From assembly GCA_964248365.1 (NCBI GenBank), contig CAXTYC010000014.1:54464-118463 (forward strand): DNA of 64,000 nt, in the 5' to 3' direction. Both the position numbers and the translations under genes were made by a program. Positions 62,785 through 64,000 of this stretch are shown here, piece after piece; the first letter of the stretch is position 1; each line of letters starts with the position of its first letter. This stretch comes from an uncultured Chroococcidiopsis sp. (lineage in GTDB: Bacteria > Cyanobacteriota > Cyanobacteriia > Cyanobacteriales > Chroococcidiopsidaceae). The notes beneath the pieces were generated by a model, which was not told the origin of the DNA, ran no database searches, and was given only the letters and a program-made list of their open reading frames with translations.

Positions 62785-63591
62785 CTAAGTACCAATAATC
62801 TTATAACCTGCCTTGACTACTGTATCATAGATCGTGCCAAGTGGGGCATAATCTTCAGACTGCACCACATCATAGCGCCGGATATGTGCCTGCTCCATTG
62901 CACATAGCAATTCTGGATCTGGTTGGCATAAGGCAGACTTTAACTCTTGAATACAATCTAAGCGCTGTGATGCAATAATTGGTGGCATTGGGCATGGTCC
63001 AATTGACTCGATTACCCGCAGATGATTTCCTAATTCGGGTGTATCGCGCAATTGTTGTTCTAACACAGTGCTATCAATTGCCGAACAATCAGCTAGTTCT
63101 TCAACCACTAGTTTGATAGAATTTTGATGCGAACCAGATTGAATTACTTTGCCAAAAAAACTACTTGGATACCCAGAGTGCATCAGTCGTTGGCACATCA
63201 AGTTGTAACCACTGTTAGATCCTAGATCGTTGTAGCAGAATGTTTTACCTGCCAAGTCCTTAAAAGTGGTGATACTGTGTGTGTTGACAATAATATCAGA
63301 AAAGTAAACTGGGCGATCGCCATAACGACTTGCTTGCATTACAGGGGCGACTATTGCTTGCAATTGACCAGGAACAAATTGATTGAGCTGTACAAATGGC
63401 AAGCCACAGATAAACGCAATATCTAGTTTATCTTGCAATATTATAGGATCTGATAGCGAATCACACTGACTCTGCACGATCTCTGTTTCTACACCAAACA
63501 CCCGCCCTAAATATGCTGCAACTGCCTGGTAAAACCAAAACATATTTGGAGCAAGATAAGAAACTAACCTTAGCTTTTTTAATTCACCCAT
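62785..63591 (-). CDS. PhnD/SsuA/transferrin-type substrate-binding protein (no obvious signal peptide)
   Basis: DIAFICGLPF, PVYFSDIIV, SNSGY, SGSHQNS, AIDS. Confidence 0.85.
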   Translation of the reverse strand: MGELKKLRLVSYLAPNMFWFYQAVAAYLGRVFGVETEIVQSQCDSLSDPIILQDKLDIAFICGLPFVQLNQFVPGQLQAIVAPVMQASRYGDRPVYFSDIIVNTHSITTFKDLAGKTFCYNDLGSNSGYNLMCQRLMHSGYPSSFFGKVIQSGSHQNSIKLVVEELADCSAIDSTVLEQQLRDTPELGNHLRVIESIGPCPMPPIIASQRLDCIQELKSALCQPDPELLCAMEQAHIRRYDVVQSEDYAPLGTIYDTVVKAGYKIIGT

Positions 63592-63759
63592 CGATTTAAC
63601 TGCAAAAGGGCGCCAGAAAAGGCAGAAATTATGAATTTAGCTTGGGATTTTGAATTTTAGATGGTTTGCCACTAATAAGTTTCACTAATTTTTATCTAGC
63701 AGCCATCAAACAACATCTTATAATAAGCTGCACTGCTGTTACTATGCTGGCGACCGAAT

Positions 63760-64000
63760 TTTTTCTTTAATTCAATCTGCGAAAACCAGAGGTGTTGTAT
63801 AATTGTATTACTGAATAATGGAAATCCATTCTCTTTTTTTTAAATTGCACATATTTCCATTATAAAATAATCATATCAGAAAACTCTCGGCATTTCAACC
63901 TCTTCCTAAATTTTTAAATTTTTTTTTAATTTTTTCAGCTGTAAAAAGCGGAGGGGTTGTATAATTGTATTACTAAATAATGGGAATATATTTGCTTTTT
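63760..64000. repeat. 162-bp tandem repeat of the promoter-hairpin module (copies 2 and 3; runs off the window)
   Basis: GAGG(T/G)GTTGTATAATTGTATTACT(G/A)AATAATGG(A/G)AAT near 63789 and 63951; stem 63815-25 / 63853-63; minus strand TTGAAA-17-TATGAT at 63898-63870. Confidence 0.75.

Noticed and set aside
1..64000. CRISPR array
   Set aside because: No run of 25-40-bp identical repeats with unique spacers was seen; repeats are heptamer STRRs, hairpins or transposon-end motifs.

Overview
64 kb of a cyanobacterial chromosome, judged from abundant HIP1 octamers (GCGATCGC), many 7-bp STRR tracts, petCA and an NDH-1 CO2-uptake operon. Core genes (ileS, gnd, pilT-like, wecB, ruvB, hisF, tRNA-Ala, pdxJ, petC/petA, tatC, slt, ggt, ndhF3-CA-ndhD3-cupA) alternate with decayed accessory patches. 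No CRISPR array was found. Main observations: (1) a 580-bp internally deleted Tn7-like element with TGT...ACA ends, seven TnsB-type sites, a perfect 5-bp TSD (CTGTT) and a TniQ/TnsD-like C-terminal remnant, inserted about 30 bp downstream of tRNA-Ala(GGC); (2) an unannotated AT-rich module of a sigma70 promoter, a hairpin and an opposing -10/promoter, present once upstream of ggt and as a 162-bp tandem repeat at the window end; (3) three 22-nt insertions precisely into HIP1 sites of one HEAT-repeat gene; (4) a Tat-signal beta-carbonic anhydrase inside the ndhF3-ndhD3-cupA operon, followed by a palindrome-flanked DUF559 nuclease where cupS often lies; (5) a candidate structured ncRNA, a nonsense-inactivated HPF1/DUF2228 homologue, and intergenic repeats inserted in frame into ileS and ggt. 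All product calls come from motif recognition only; no database searches were run.
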